A stretch of 64,000 nucleotides of DNA from NCBI GenBank assembly GCA_947648905.1, contig CANSPP010000004.1, positions 760-64,759 on the forward strand. Direction: 5' to 3'. Below, piece by piece: positions 18,585-28,429 of this stretch. A model generated the notes under the pieces. The model worked only from the letters and a program-made list of their open reading frames with translations, did no database searches and had not been told where the DNA came from. Source of the stretch: an uncultured Clostridium sp. (GTDB taxonomy: Bacteria > Bacillota > Clostridia > TANB77 > CAG-508). How positions within the stretch are numbered: position 1 is the stretch's first letter; each line of letters begins with the position of its first letter. Made by a program: the position numbers and the translations under genes.

Positions 18585-19751
18585 TTAAAATTTAATTCTA
18601 TTAAATTCATCATACAGTTCAATTAGATAATCACATACTTCATTGTTTCTTATAATTACATTTTCCGCGATTTTACTGCAGTAATTACAATTCAAACAAT
18701 TTCCTGTACAATGATCATTTTTAAAAAAATTAATAAATCCATCTAATTTTTGATTATCAATATATATATGTCTAGGATATCTTCTTTCACATCCCAAACC
18801 TCTTACTGTACGTATTTTTTCAACTATTTCATTTTTAGACATATTCTTTACTTTATTATCATTTATTGTTAGTTCTTCTTTAGAATTGCTCCAACCGTGC
18901 CCTTGAATTAAATCCAATAAATTTCCATTATATTTTCTTTCACTATACGCTTTTACTCTTTTTATAATCTCATCAGTTGGAAAATCTCTTTCAGTAATTT
19001 TAAAATGTTCTATCCCAATATTTTCATATTCTTTAATATCTTCTGGTCTAATCCAAGGCGACTTTATGTATTCCTCTAAATTCTTTAATTCATATTCTTG
19101 ACATTTGTATAAACACCAATCTGCATAATGTTCTTTATCCTTATTCATTGAATTTGATGCATGTGATAAAGCTGCTGTATGTGTATGAATATATGGACAA
19201 TTTTTTAAACAACTATTTGTCATAAGTAATTCTATTTTCGCTTTTTTTAGATTATCAACCATATATTTTAAAGTTTTAAAGTCTCTATTAATTTTCACAA
19301 AATCTACACAAACATAATCTGCTCCCATTTCTTCCCAAAATTTAGCTTTTTCAAAACTATCTATACAGGCAAATGTTGAAATTCTAACTGTAAAACAGTC
19401 ATAATATTTTTTTATTATTTGTAACAAAAAAGGATTTGTTACCGTTAAAGCATTAACGCCTATTTCTTTTAAGTAATCTAGAAATTTTCTAACATTTTGT
19501 TGCCATTCTTCACTTTGCTCCTTATTAGCAAGACAAGCTCCATTTAATAAATAATTAAATTTTATATTATTTTCTCTAACTTTCTTTACATGCCTCTCGA
19601 GCATAGTTTTATCTATATTTTTTAATGTATTTGATGGTCTTCCTCCCCCAACATAATCTTGTTGTAATTTTCCGTAAACTTCATATACTGGATAATCTTT
19701 TAACTTATCTATTAGTTCGTCATCAAAATTAGTAGCTACTGATAATTTCAT
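18585..19751 (-). CDS. uncharacterized protein, weak peptidase-U32-like TIM-barrel features, Cys-rich C-terminus (CTGNCLNCNYC)
   Basis: start at ATG 19751 (MKLSVATNF...) with RBS AAAGGAG; ...VTNPFLLQIIKKYYDCFTVRISTFACIDSFEKAKFWEEMGADYVCV resembles U32 core. Confidence 0.4.
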   Translation of the reverse strand: MKLSVATNFDDELIDKLKDYPVYEVYGKLQQDYVGGGRPSNTLKNIDKTMLERHVKKVRENNIKFNYLLNGACLANKEQSEEWQQNVRKFLDYLKEIGVNALTVTNPFLLQIIKKYYDCFTVRISTFACIDSFEKAKFWEEMGADYVCVDFVKINRDFKTLKYMVDNLKKAKIELLMTNSCLKNCPYIHTHTAALSHASNSMNKDKEHYADWCLYKCQEYELKNLEEYIKSPWIRPEDIKEYENIGIEHFKITERDFPTDEIIKRVKAYSERKYNGNLLDLIQGHGWSNSKEELTINDNKVKNMSKNEIVEKIRTVRGLGCERRYPRHIYIDNQKLDGFINFFKNDHCTGNCLNCNYCSKIAENVIIRNNEVCDYLIELYDEFNRIKF

Positions 19752-19764
19752 AATTATCACTCCT

Positions 19765-20811
19765 TTATAATATTTTCTTACATTTCTTTATAAAATTTCT
19801 ATTTGTTTTTCTATCTTGAACTGCAATTCTAAAATGAATATTCTTTTCTTCATCTTCTATAATCATTAACGAAATATCGTTTTTATTGAATTTTTCTATT
19901 ATCTCATAACTTAATTTAGTTTTAGAAAACAAAATATTTGATTCACTTGGATAAAATTCTATATTAAGTTTTCTTAGGTTTTTTTCTATATTCTTACGTT
20001 CTTTCATTATTAATTTTATATTCTTTTTGTAATTATTACTTAAAAGGATTTTTTTAGCATACTCACATGAAATCCCAGAAACTTCATTAACAGTTATATT
20101 TTCTTCATATATTTTCTTAAACTTTCTTGAGCAAATCATATATCCTATTCTTAAACCAGCAATTCCATAAGCCTTTGATAATGATTTTATAACTATAATA
20201 TTGTCTGGCATCTCTATTTTAGACAAACTGCTTTTATTGGAAAATTCAATTGCTGACTCGTCTACAATAACATATACATTTACATTTTCAGCAATATATT
20301 TTATCTCTTCGTTACTCATAAGCATTCCTGTTGGATTATTTGGATTGCATATATAAATCATTTTTGTATCCGCGTCAACACTTTTTATTATGCCTTCTGC
20401 ACTCACTTTTACGTTTTCTTTCATATATACTCTTTTAGTACTTCCGTTCATTGCAGTAACTGCATATTCTGCTTGATTAAATGTCAAAAACGGTGTGACT
20501 AGATTTCCTGAATTTTTAAACAAAATTTTTATTATATTTTGAAGAATGCCATTTGCACCTGCTCCTATAATAATTTCTTTTGTTTTAATATCTTGAATTG
20601 TCTTAATTGTCTCTCTTAATTCTTTAACTATATAATGTGATGGATACTCAGAAAGATTTGAATAATTAATTGTAAATTTTGGATATTTATATAGATACTT
20701 ACCAGATAATGTCATATCAATCTGTTTTGTTTCATAGTTAGTATAATCATCTAAAAAATTGCGCTTAGATATTTGATATGCCTTATTTCTTAAGCCTGAT
20801 TGTATATACAT
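19765..20811 (-). CDS. PLP-dependent aminotransferase, class I/II (HisC/CobD-like)
   Basis: 348 aa, SLSKAYGIAGLRIGYMI PLP-lysine region. Confidence 0.75.
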   Translation of the reverse strand: MYIQSGLRNKAYQISKRNFLDDYTNYETKQIDMTLSGKYLYKYPKFTINYSNLSEYPSHYIVKELRETIKTIQDIKTKEIIIGAGANGILQNIIKILFKNSGNLVTPFLTFNQAEYAVTAMNGSTKRVYMKENVKVSAEGIIKSVDADTKMIYICNPNNPTGMLMSNEEIKYIAENVNVYVIVDESAIEFSNKSSLSKIEMPDNIIVIKSLSKAYGIAGLRIGYMICSRKFKKIYEENITVNEVSGISCEYAKKILLSNNYKKNIKLIMKERKNIEKNLRKLNIEFYPSESNILFSKTKLSYEIIEKFNKNDISLMIIEDEEKNIHFRIAVQDRKTNRNFIKKCKKIL

Positions 20812-22501
20812 TTCTTTTACCTATCCCTACATCTGTTATGTGTTCATCAACATTTTTCTCTATATAAAATCCATTTTCTTTAACTATTTGGTTTATTTCT
20901 TCTTTTGATAGCAATACCATAGGTGGTCTATTTTCAACTTCATACACACCCTTTCCTAGATATTTTAAATCTTCTGTAATTATATCATTTGTAAATACTG
21001 ATAAAATTACATATCCATTCTTTTTTAATATCCTATTAAATTCCTTAATAGTATTTATAAATTCTATTTTAGTAGTTGCATTATGAATAACTCCAATTGA
21101 CAATATAATATCGAAAATTTCAGAAGATGTAGGTATATTGTCCATATTGGCTTGTACAAATTCAATATTTTCTTTTTCCAAAGAAAATGCCATTTCTTTA
21201 TATTTATCAACCGCTAAAACATTATATCCGTGGCTATTTAAATATCTTGAATATCTTCCTCCTCCACATCCGATATCTATTACTTTATCTATTTTTCTTT
21301 TATTACTTATTTCTTCTATTTCTTTTACTATATATTGAGAAACTGGTTTCTCTGTAAATTTTTTTGCGACTTCTTCATCTTGCCAAAATATTGTTTTTTC
21401 CTCTTTATTTTTTACTGTATAAGTACTATTGCAAATACTGGTTTCAATTACATTCATTCCTACTTTTTGCATTGTATCTTTACAAATTTCCTTTTGCTCT
21501 TCATTTTTTACTATTGCCATAAAAGCTGGTCCTACTGATGATAATGTTAAAAATTCACAGCAATTATTCTCATACAATTTTCTTAGTTCATTAGCTTTTT
21601 CTATTGTCTTTTCATATACAAATGAGCAGTTTTCAATACTTCCCATATTAAATCTATAATCAAATACAATATCTGCTAACTCTCTAATATTTCCATTGCA
21701 AAGTCCTGGTAATGCTTTATGTAATAAATTATATGCAATTTTTTCTGCATATTTATCACCTGTTCTCTTAAACTTCCACAAATTTTCTTCTTCTAATTTC
21801 ATTAATTCTTCTGCACTTTTAGGATTAAAATCATTTGGAATTGCTATTAATACTTTTGCATCATATTTCAATTTTGCTATTGTTGTTGCTTTGCCTGCAA
21901 TAATTATAATTCCTTCTTCAGTTAATCCGTTTGTAGCGCCTCCACCAATACATTGAACCATCTTCAGTTCTTCTTCATTTTCATCTGATATTTCTTCTCC
22001 ATGATTACTAGCTAAGAATTTTATCAAATCTTTGTTAGCTATAGGACATCCATATAATTCATTAATAGCTACCGCTACTGCCGTTATTGTAGAACTACTA
22101 GATCCAAATCCACAGTGCTTTATAACTTTAGAGGAATCTACATCTATTTTTAAAGACGGATTTACATTTAATATTTTAGTCATAATTCTATATGCATGCT
22201 TTATTAGTACTTTTCTTTGTGTTCTATCTGAAATCTCAAGTAACCCACCTGCTTCAGAAGTAATTTCTATTCCTACTTTAATTTTTATATTTAATGAAAT
22301 TACTACTTCACCTGGTGTAAATATTAAATCGTTATTATAGCAAACAGCAGCTGGATTTATGGCCATTGCGTCCATCCTACATGGATATTCTATATTTATC
22401 TTGTTGTACTTCAACTTTAAATTTTCTTCTATTGTATGAGGATATTTACTAAAAATATATCCTGCTTTAAATGTTGGAAATCTATCTACCACTTTTACCA
22501 A
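20783..22501 (-). CDS. fusion protein: GHMP-kinase-like domain (beta-RFAP-synthase/PduX-like) + class I SAM-dependent methyltransferase
   Basis: N-terminal HCGFGSSSSTITAVAVAINE GHMP motif; C-terminal VIDIGCGGGRYSRYL SAM motif I; start uncertain (non-ATG, GTG 22492 has RBS). Confidence 0.6.
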   Translation of the reverse strand: MVKVVDRFPTFKAGYIFSKYPHTIEENLKLKYNKINIEYPCRMDAMAINPAAVCYNNDLIFTPGEVVISLNIKIKVGIEITSEAGGLLEISDRTQRKVLIKHAYRIMTKILNVNPSLKIDVDSSKVIKHCGFGSSSSTITAVAVAINELYGCPIANKDLIKFLASNHGEEISDENEEELKMVQCIGGGATNGLTEEGIIIIAGKATTIAKLKYDAKVLIAIPNDFNPKSAEELMKLEEENLWKFKRTGDKYAEKIAYNLLHKALPGLCNGNIRELADIVFDYRFNMGSIENCSFVYEKTIEKANELRKLYENNCCEFLTLSSVGPAFMAIVKNEEQKEICKDTMQKVGMNVIETSICNSTYTVKNKEEKTIFWQDEEVAKKFTEKPVSQYIVKEIEEISNKRKIDKVIDIGCGGGRYSRYLNSHGYNVLAVDKYKEMAFSLEKENIEFVQANMDNIPTSSEIFDIILSIGVIHNATTKIEFINTIKEFNRILKKNGYVILSVFTNDIITEDLKYLGKGVYEVENRPPMVLLSKEEINQIVKENGFYIEKNVDEHITDVGIGKRNVYTIRLKK

Positions 22502-22544
22502 CTCCTTTTATTTGCTAATTCTTTGTTAAATTTTTCTGCAAACT

Positions 22545-23144
22545 TTAACTATCAATGTTATTTCCTTCGATTACATTTTCTCTATACCACTTTGCAAATT
22601 GGTCTTTTGCATCTCCCCAAAAAGTTGATTCATATTCATAATCTTCTTCTCGTAACTCGCTTAAAGTTTTACTTTCTCCATCTGGTATATAAAATTTGTC
22701 ATGCCATCTTCCGCGAGTTCCTTTCGGTTCAAATGCTATCTTTCCTGTTCCACCTCCTGAAAAAACAATAGGTTCATTATTTGGTTCACAATATGCAAAA
22801 CAGTGTTCTATTCTTGCTTTTCTATTTTTTTCATTTTTAAATAGTTCCAAAAACTTTTCTACCCCTATCTGTTTATCAAAATACGCATTATATGGCCCTG
22901 GCAATCCTCCTAAAGCTTCTATGTATAATCCTGTATCTGATTTTAGAACTGAACATCCTAATTTATTTGCTGCATATTTTGCACTAAATGCAACTACTTC
23001 TGCACAAGTTTTAGCTTGTGTCTCTAAAATTTCAAAATCTGGATTTACAATTTCTATGTTAAATCCATATTTTTTTGAAAAAAACTCATTAGCTTCTTCA
23101 ACTTTATGCTGATTTGTTGTTAAGTAAATTAATTTCCTTTTCAT
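22545..23144 (-). CDS. non-canonical purine NTP pyrophosphatase (Ham1/RdgB/ITPase family)
   Basis: 199 aa, LTTNQHKVEEAN ... Ham1 motifs. Confidence 0.8.
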   Translation of the reverse strand: MKRKLIYLTTNQHKVEEANEFFSKKYGFNIEIVNPDFEILETQAKTCAEVVAFSAKYAANKLGCSVLKSDTGLYIEALGGLPGPYNAYFDKQIGVEKFLELFKNEKNRKARIEHCFAYCEPNNEPIVFSGGGTGKIAFEPKGTRGRWHDKFYIPDGESKTLSELREEDYEYESTFWGDAKDQFAKWYRENVIEGNNIDS

Positions 23145-23722
23145 TATCTTTCATCCTCTCTTTCCTTCACATTTGATTTTATTATAATGTCTTCCATAGT
23201 TTCTATGAAACTATCAGTATTATCATTTTGCAAATACACGCAAGATTTTATTGCATATTGCTCTAATTGCTCTAATCCCATATCTTTTTCTTGTTGTAAA
23301 ATCATCTCAAACTGCTCATCTGTCAAATTAATTTTTTCTCTTCTTTGATAATTATTTTTTAATTGTTCAAATGGCGCTGCTATATATATTATTTGTGGAT
23401 TTTCTATTGAAAATCTATTTGCAATAAATTTAATCCCATTCAAAGACCTACTACCTGTTATTATAGTTATATCTTTATCTTGTCCTTTGAATAATCTTTC
23501 TATTTGCTTGCACAATATTATATCTGTAAAATTTTCACCATATTTTTCTTCTCCATCTTTAATCCATTCACTTAATGATATATTAGGTGAAAATATTTTA
23601 TGAGCTTCTCTTATTAATGGTCCTAAATCTATATGCTCCACATTATAATCTTTTTTTAACTTATTAACTATATATGTTTTTCCAACACCATGCGGTCCTA
23701 CCAAAAAGAACACATTTTTCAT
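23144..23722 (-). CDS. P-loop NTPase, nucleoside/nucleotide-kinase-like
   Basis: 192 aa, FLVGPHGVGKTYIVNKL Walker A; stop overlaps downstream ATG (TAATG). Confidence 0.6.
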   Translation of the reverse strand: MKNVFFLVGPHGVGKTYIVNKLKKDYNVEHIDLGPLIREAHKIFSPNISLSEWIKDGEEKYGENFTDIILCKQIERLFKGQDKDITIITGSRSLNGIKFIANRFSIENPQIIYIAAPFEQLKNNYQRREKINLTDEQFEMILQQEKDMGLEQLEQYAIKSCVYLQNDNTDSFIETMEDIIIKSNVKEREDER

Positions 23723-23979
23723 TTTACCACTCCATTCTGTTTATTATTATAAATTATCCTGTGTATCCTTTTGGGTTTTTCTTTTGTTCCTACTTTCTAA
23801 TTATATGTTGGAATTATATTATCTTTTAATTGTTTTTCATTTTCATACCTTCATTTGCATTATAGCACCGTTTATCCTCATTGTAAATATATTTTTTAAA
23901 ATTATTATCATTTCATTATGTACAACAAAAATTACACTATAAAAAGTACAAAAATGCCAGTATTATGACTGACATTATT

Positions 23980-24612
23980 CTAATATATTTTTAATGTAAT
24001 TTTATTTTTATTTTTCTCAATAAATCCATCTTCTTTAAGAAGCTTCATTTCACGCATCATAGCACTTCTATCAACACTCAAATAATCAGCCAAATCAGTT
24101 AAAGAAAAAGGCAACGTAAAAGTCTTATTCAACGTCCTTGTAGAAAGAAGCGTAAAATATCCAAGTAGTTTCTCACGAATGGTTCTCTTTGTTAATAGCT
24201 CCACACGCATATTTAAATCTATAACTTTGTTTAAAATTAATTCTGGTAAATTCTCAGTTAGGAAATTGTGAAATTTACAATTGCTCCTGCATTTAGTATG
24301 TATACTATCATATATATATATTAAAACTTCACATTTTTCACGAGCTTCTACTAGTAACTCGTTGTTTGTTGTTACGGTATAAAACACTTCACCAAAGATA
24401 TCGTTTTTGGATAGATGCTCTACTATGGTTCTGTTTCCGTTTAAATCATAACGTACCAAATCTGCATTTCCACTTATCAGTATGCAAAATTGATTTCTTT
24501 TTTGTATGTATGTTGTTATTACTTCGTTTTTTGAAAAAGTTTTCTTTTGTACTCTGTGACAGTTATGTTCAAAGTCGTTTATGAAACTGTCCATATCAAA
24601 ATTCAAATTCAT
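23980..24612 (-). CDS. Crp/Fnr family transcriptional regulator
   Basis: cNMP-binding N-domain and C-terminal HTH (TLPFSLTDLADYLSVDRSAMMREMKLLKEDGFI); start set to ATG 24612 (RBS AAGGG); track start is GTG inside operator. Confidence 0.8.
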   Translation of the reverse strand: MNLNFDMDSFINDFEHNCHRVQKKTFSKNEVITTYIQKRNQFCILISGNADLVRYDLNGNRTIVEHLSKNDIFGEVFYTVTTNNELLVEAREKCEVLIYIYDSIHTKCRSNCKFHNFLTENLPELILNKVIDLNMRVELLTKRTIREKLLGYFTLLSTRTLNKTFTLPFSLTDLADYLSVDRSAMMREMKLLKEDGFIEKNKNKITLKIY

Positions 24613-24642
24613 TTTTATCAACCCTTTTTCAATTCTGAAGTT

Positions 24643-24673
24643 ATTATATAACACTTTTGTTGCAAAAGCAACA
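24643..24673 (-). promoter_or_regulatory. promoter (-10 TATAAT, -35 TTGCTT) of Crp/Fnr gene overlapped by palindrome TGTTGCAAAAGCAACA (24658-24673)
   Basis: minus strand TTGTTGCTTTTGCAACAAAAGTGTTATATAAT. Confidence 0.5.
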
Positions 24674-24817
24674 ATTCCAATGTTAAAAAAGTTGGCTTTT
24701 AAGAAAATCTAAACCAAATCCTCTTGATAAGAGTTTTAAGAATACTTAACCTCTATACTGATGAATAGTTATAAAAATTTAATGAAAAAAATAATCCTTA
24801 GTAACTCGATATAAGGT

Positions 24818-26596
24818 TTAATTCAGCCATTCTTTTACAATTCTGTTGAAGTTTTCCATTGTCTCTTTATTATATTCATACTCATGGTTTTCAACTTTCT
24901 TAAATATTTCTAAAGAATAATATGCTTTTTCATCAACATAATCTTCATTGTTAATTCCTATATATTTTTTATCTTCTTCTGAAAATAAGTCTTCTATTGA
25001 TAAATTGATATTTTCATTTTCCCTGTTTGTTCCATCAATAAACTTTATATCATTAAAATCAACTAATAGTTTATTAGTTAAGATTTTATATTGTCTTCTT
25101 CCTTCTGTATCTTGATCAATAAGAATTTTATATTTATATCCCCAACCAATTAAAATTGAAATAATATTATGGATATTAGTTACACTAGTAGATGGAATAA
25201 TATTGTATTCTTTATTATATTGTTTTTGCATTAGAAAAGCCTTTAAGTAATTGTAATCAGAAATACCTTCTGTAATTATATTTACTTTTTTACTATCTAT
25301 AGCTGTGAAACTATATCTCATATTCATTCCTATCGCAGTTAAAATTGGAGTAATTGTTTCTTTTTTAGAAGTCATTTTATGCGGTAGTGAATAATATTTA
25401 TTTCCAATATTACTATTGCCCAACTTATCTTTTATAACTATTCGAGTTCTATATAATTTATCTTGATAAATCATAGTTGGTAACTGAGTAGTATATACAA
25501 TTTGGTTATCTTTTGAAGTAAAATCTTCAAATAGATTTAATATTTCTTTTTGAGCATTAACATGTAAATATACCCCAGGTTCATCTAATAAAATAAAATA
25601 ATTTTCTATATCATATTTTTGAGTTTTAGCTAGGAGTTGTATGTACATATTTAAATACCATTTTAATCCATTACTTCTTTCACTTAAGTTTAAATATTTA
25701 CTATTAGTTTTAACCACAAAATTTAATGATTCTGTATCGAAGTTAACTCTAAGAGTTACATCTTCTTGCTTATAAAATTTGTTAAATTCTTTTATAATTG
25801 TTCCAATTTTGTTATTTATTTCTTCTACAAAATTATATTTATCATCATCTTCAGATAATTTCCAATATCCCATTAAACCTTCCAAATCCATCCCAATAGT
25901 TTTTAATAAATATTTTAGCATTTGTTTTGATTGTGTATTATCAGCTAAATATTTTCGAGTATATTTTGTTCTAAGCTCAATATTATCTAAAAGAATAAAT
26001 TGTGGAAATAATGAATGAATATTTATTAAATATTCCCTGCATTCTTTCAAATACTGAATAAATTCTTCATAACTCGAATTTCCTTCCAGCAACAATATTA
26101 TGTTATCTATATAAGTGTAATTTATAAACACTTTTGTTTCAGCATTGTTGATCATTTTGATAATATTATTGAATTGATTTTTCTTATTTTCATCATTCAA
26201 ATAAATATTTTTATTTAATTCATTCATCTTTTTTCTATTTTTTTGAAAGTTCTTATTATTACTTATAATTTCTGACAAACCACCATCAATATCTAAATCA
26301 TACTGGTCATTAATTGTAATAATAGTTTCTTTTGTTGATTTATAAATATTTTTTTCGCTCCTATATGGAACTAGAACTAATGATACTAATGGTTTCTTCA
26401 TATTGTTCTTGTTATTATTTTTAAAATAGTCAATGTCATTTATTCCTGATAAATCTAGTTTTCCAATTGCTTGTATTAAATTACTTTTTCCAGATTCATT
26501 TTTTCCAATAATTGTATTGATGTTTTCTAAATCTATCCTGTTATTTTCCTCTGCAAATGATTTGAAATTTTGTATTTTAACTGATTTTACTTTCAT
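24818..26596 (-). CDS. OLD-family nuclease: N-terminal ABC/AAA_15-type ATPase + C-terminal TOPRIM (candidate antiphage defence, single-gene class)
   Basis: Walker A GKNESGKSN, Walker B ILLDEPGVYLH, TOPRIM VNIITEGISDYNYL ... ILIDQDTEG; start at ATG 26596 (MKVKSVKIQNFKSF) with RBS AAAGGAG; extremely AT-rich. Confidence 0.8.
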   Translation of the reverse strand: MKVKSVKIQNFKSFAEENNRIDLENINTIIGKNESGKSNLIQAIGKLDLSGINDIDYFKNNNKNNMKKPLVSLVLVPYRSEKNIYKSTKETIITINDQYDLDIDGGLSEIISNNKNFQKNRKKMNELNKNIYLNDENKKNQFNNIIKMINNAETKVFINYTYIDNIILLLEGNSSYEEFIQYLKECREYLINIHSLFPQFILLDNIELRTKYTRKYLADNTQSKQMLKYLLKTIGMDLEGLMGYWKLSEDDDKYNFVEEINNKIGTIIKEFNKFYKQEDVTLRVNFDTESLNFVVKTNSKYLNLSERSNGLKWYLNMYIQLLAKTQKYDIENYFILLDEPGVYLHVNAQKEILNLFEDFTSKDNQIVYTTQLPTMIYQDKLYRTRIVIKDKLGNSNIGNKYYSLPHKMTSKKETITPILTAIGMNMRYSFTAIDSKKVNIITEGISDYNYLKAFLMQKQYNKEYNIIPSTSVTNIHNIISILIGWGYKYKILIDQDTEGRRQYKILTNKLLVDFNDIKFIDGTNRENENINLSIEDLFSEEDKKYIGINNEDYVDEKAYYSLEIFKKVENHEYEYNKETMENFNRIVKEWLN

Positions 26597-26754
26597 AAAT
26601 TGCTCCTTTATTTTTCTATTATTATTCCTCCGCATTATTATTTTCTTCTAATTTTTCTCTTTTTCGTCTTACAATAATTTTTCTTTATCTAATCTACTGA
26701 TATCTAAATATTTATGATCTAGTACATCTATTTTACTTATAACTGATTTTCCTA

Positions 26755-26925
26755 AATTTTTTCTATATCGTCTTGCGCAACTTTGGCAGCATGTTCACCT
26801 ATTTTTGCTATTTTTCTATTTTCTTTTAATCCATAAGATTTATGCTCTTTTGTAAGTTTTCTTGTAGCTACTTTCCCTAAATCTGCTAATACAACTTTCA
26901 TATCAGTCATATTATTTCCTAATGC
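26755..26925 (-). CDS. possible small ORF (56 aa) MTDMKVVLADLGKVATRKLTKEHKSYGLKENRKIAKIGEHAAKVAQDDIEKI
   Basis: below 60-aa track cutoff; weak RBS; lies between OLD gene and hisS. Confidence 0.2.
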
Positions 26926-27067
26926 CTCTTTTCTAATATTCTTATTTTATCTTCAATCATTCTTTTTTTACATATTCCCGTAATTTCTTGGATTAATACT
27001 ATCTGTTAAAGCTCTAATAACATCAATTACACTTAAATAGTATTTTTCCTCTCTTACGTAACTTTAA

Positions 27068-28384
27068 TTAAAATTTAATCTCATCAATTTGTTCTAAACT
27101 ATATTCCTTTTCTTCCCCTGTTTCCATATCTTTTAGCTTAAACTTATTATTTGTAATCTCATCTTCACCCAAAATAATAACATAAGGAATTTCCAATTTA
27201 TCGGCATATTTAAATTTAGCCTTTAACTTTTTATTATTCAAGTAAATTTCAGTATTAATTCCATTATTTCTTAAAGCTGTTGCAACTTTAATTGGAACAG
27301 TTAAATCTTCTACCATTGGTATTACTAGAACTTGTGCAATAGATTTTTTAGTTGCTTTTATCAATTCTAATTCATTTAATTTATAAAATAAACGTGTTAA
27401 GCCAATTGATATTCCAACACCAGGCAGTTTTTTATCTGTATAATATTCTGCTAAATTCTCATATCTTCCACCTGAGCAAACACTTCCTAATTCTCTGTAA
27501 TCATTTAAGAATGTTTCATATACTGTTCCTGTATAATAATCTAATCCTCTTGCTATTGTTAAATCTACACTATAATTCTTTTCTGGGATTCCAAATAAAT
27601 TCATATTTTTAATTACATATTCTAATTCATATATTCCAGTTTTAAATGTTTCATTTTCTATATCTAAAGATTTTAATTTTTCTAGTTTTTCTTCGGACGT
27701 TCCTTCTATTTCTATAAAATCAACTATCTTTTGAATTGCATCTTCTGAAATTCCTATTTTTTGTAATTCTACAATTACCGCTTCTTTTCCTATTTTATCA
27801 ATTTTATCTATTATTCTTAAAATCTCAACAGAAGCTTCTTTTTGCCCAATACCTTCAAACAATCCATTCAAAATCTTTCTATTATTAACTCTAATTGTAA
27901 AATCGCTAAATCCTAAATCTGTAAAAATAGAATAAATTACACTTGGAAGCTCTGCATCATTTATTAAATCTAACTCTCCATCCCCAATAATATCAATATC
28001 ACATTGATAAAACTCACGGAATCTTCCCTTTTGTGTTCTTTCTCCCCTGTACACCTTTCCTATTTGATATCTTCTAAAAGGAAAACTTAAATTTCCATAG
28101 TTTTTTGCAACATATTTTGAAAGTGGTACAGTTAGGTCAAATCTTAAAGATAAATCTGTATCTCCTTTATTAAATCTGTAAATTTGTTTTTCTGTTTCAC
28201 CACCTGCTTTTGCAAGCAAAACTTCTGATAATTCTACAATTGGTGTGTCTAGTGGTAAAAAACCAAATTTTTTATATGTATTTTCTATTTTTTCTCTCAT
28301 TTGGTTAAACAATATCTGTTCATTTGGTAACAATTCCATAAATCCAGATAATGTTCTTGGTTCTGTTTTGGTCATATCTTTCAT
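27068..28384 (-). CDS. hisS: histidine--tRNA ligase
   Basis: class II motif 2 FRRYQIGKVYRGERTQKGRFREFYQCD, C-terminal anticodon-binding domain; start 28384 or 28375. Confidence 0.9.
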   Translation of the reverse strand: MKDMTKTEPRTLSGFMELLPNEQILFNQMREKIENTYKKFGFLPLDTPIVELSEVLLAKAGGETEKQIYRFNKGDTDLSLRFDLTVPLSKYVAKNYGNLSFPFRRYQIGKVYRGERTQKGRFREFYQCDIDIIGDGELDLINDAELPSVIYSIFTDLGFSDFTIRVNNRKILNGLFEGIGQKEASVEILRIIDKIDKIGKEAVIVELQKIGISEDAIQKIVDFIEIEGTSEEKLEKLKSLDIENETFKTGIYELEYVIKNMNLFGIPEKNYSVDLTIARGLDYYTGTVYETFLNDYRELGSVCSGGRYENLAEYYTDKKLPGVGISIGLTRLFYKLNELELIKATKKSIAQVLVIPMVEDLTVPIKVATALRNNGINTEIYLNNKKLKAKFKYADKLEIPYVIILGEDEITNNKFKLKDMETGEEKEYSLEQIDEIKF

Positions 28385-28429
28385 TCCTTTCTTTCCTGCC
28401 AGCAACCTCTGTTCCCATTGGCAGATTTA

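Noticed and set aside
24818-26596. Gabija (GajA/GajB) call for the OLD-family gene
   Set aside because: No UvrD-like helicase gene is adjacent; the neighbours are a Crp/Fnr regulator and hisS.
28406-28429. T-box leader upstream of hisS
   Set aside because: Only 25 bp separate hisS from the upstream MBL gene, so hisS appears co-transcribed without a leader.
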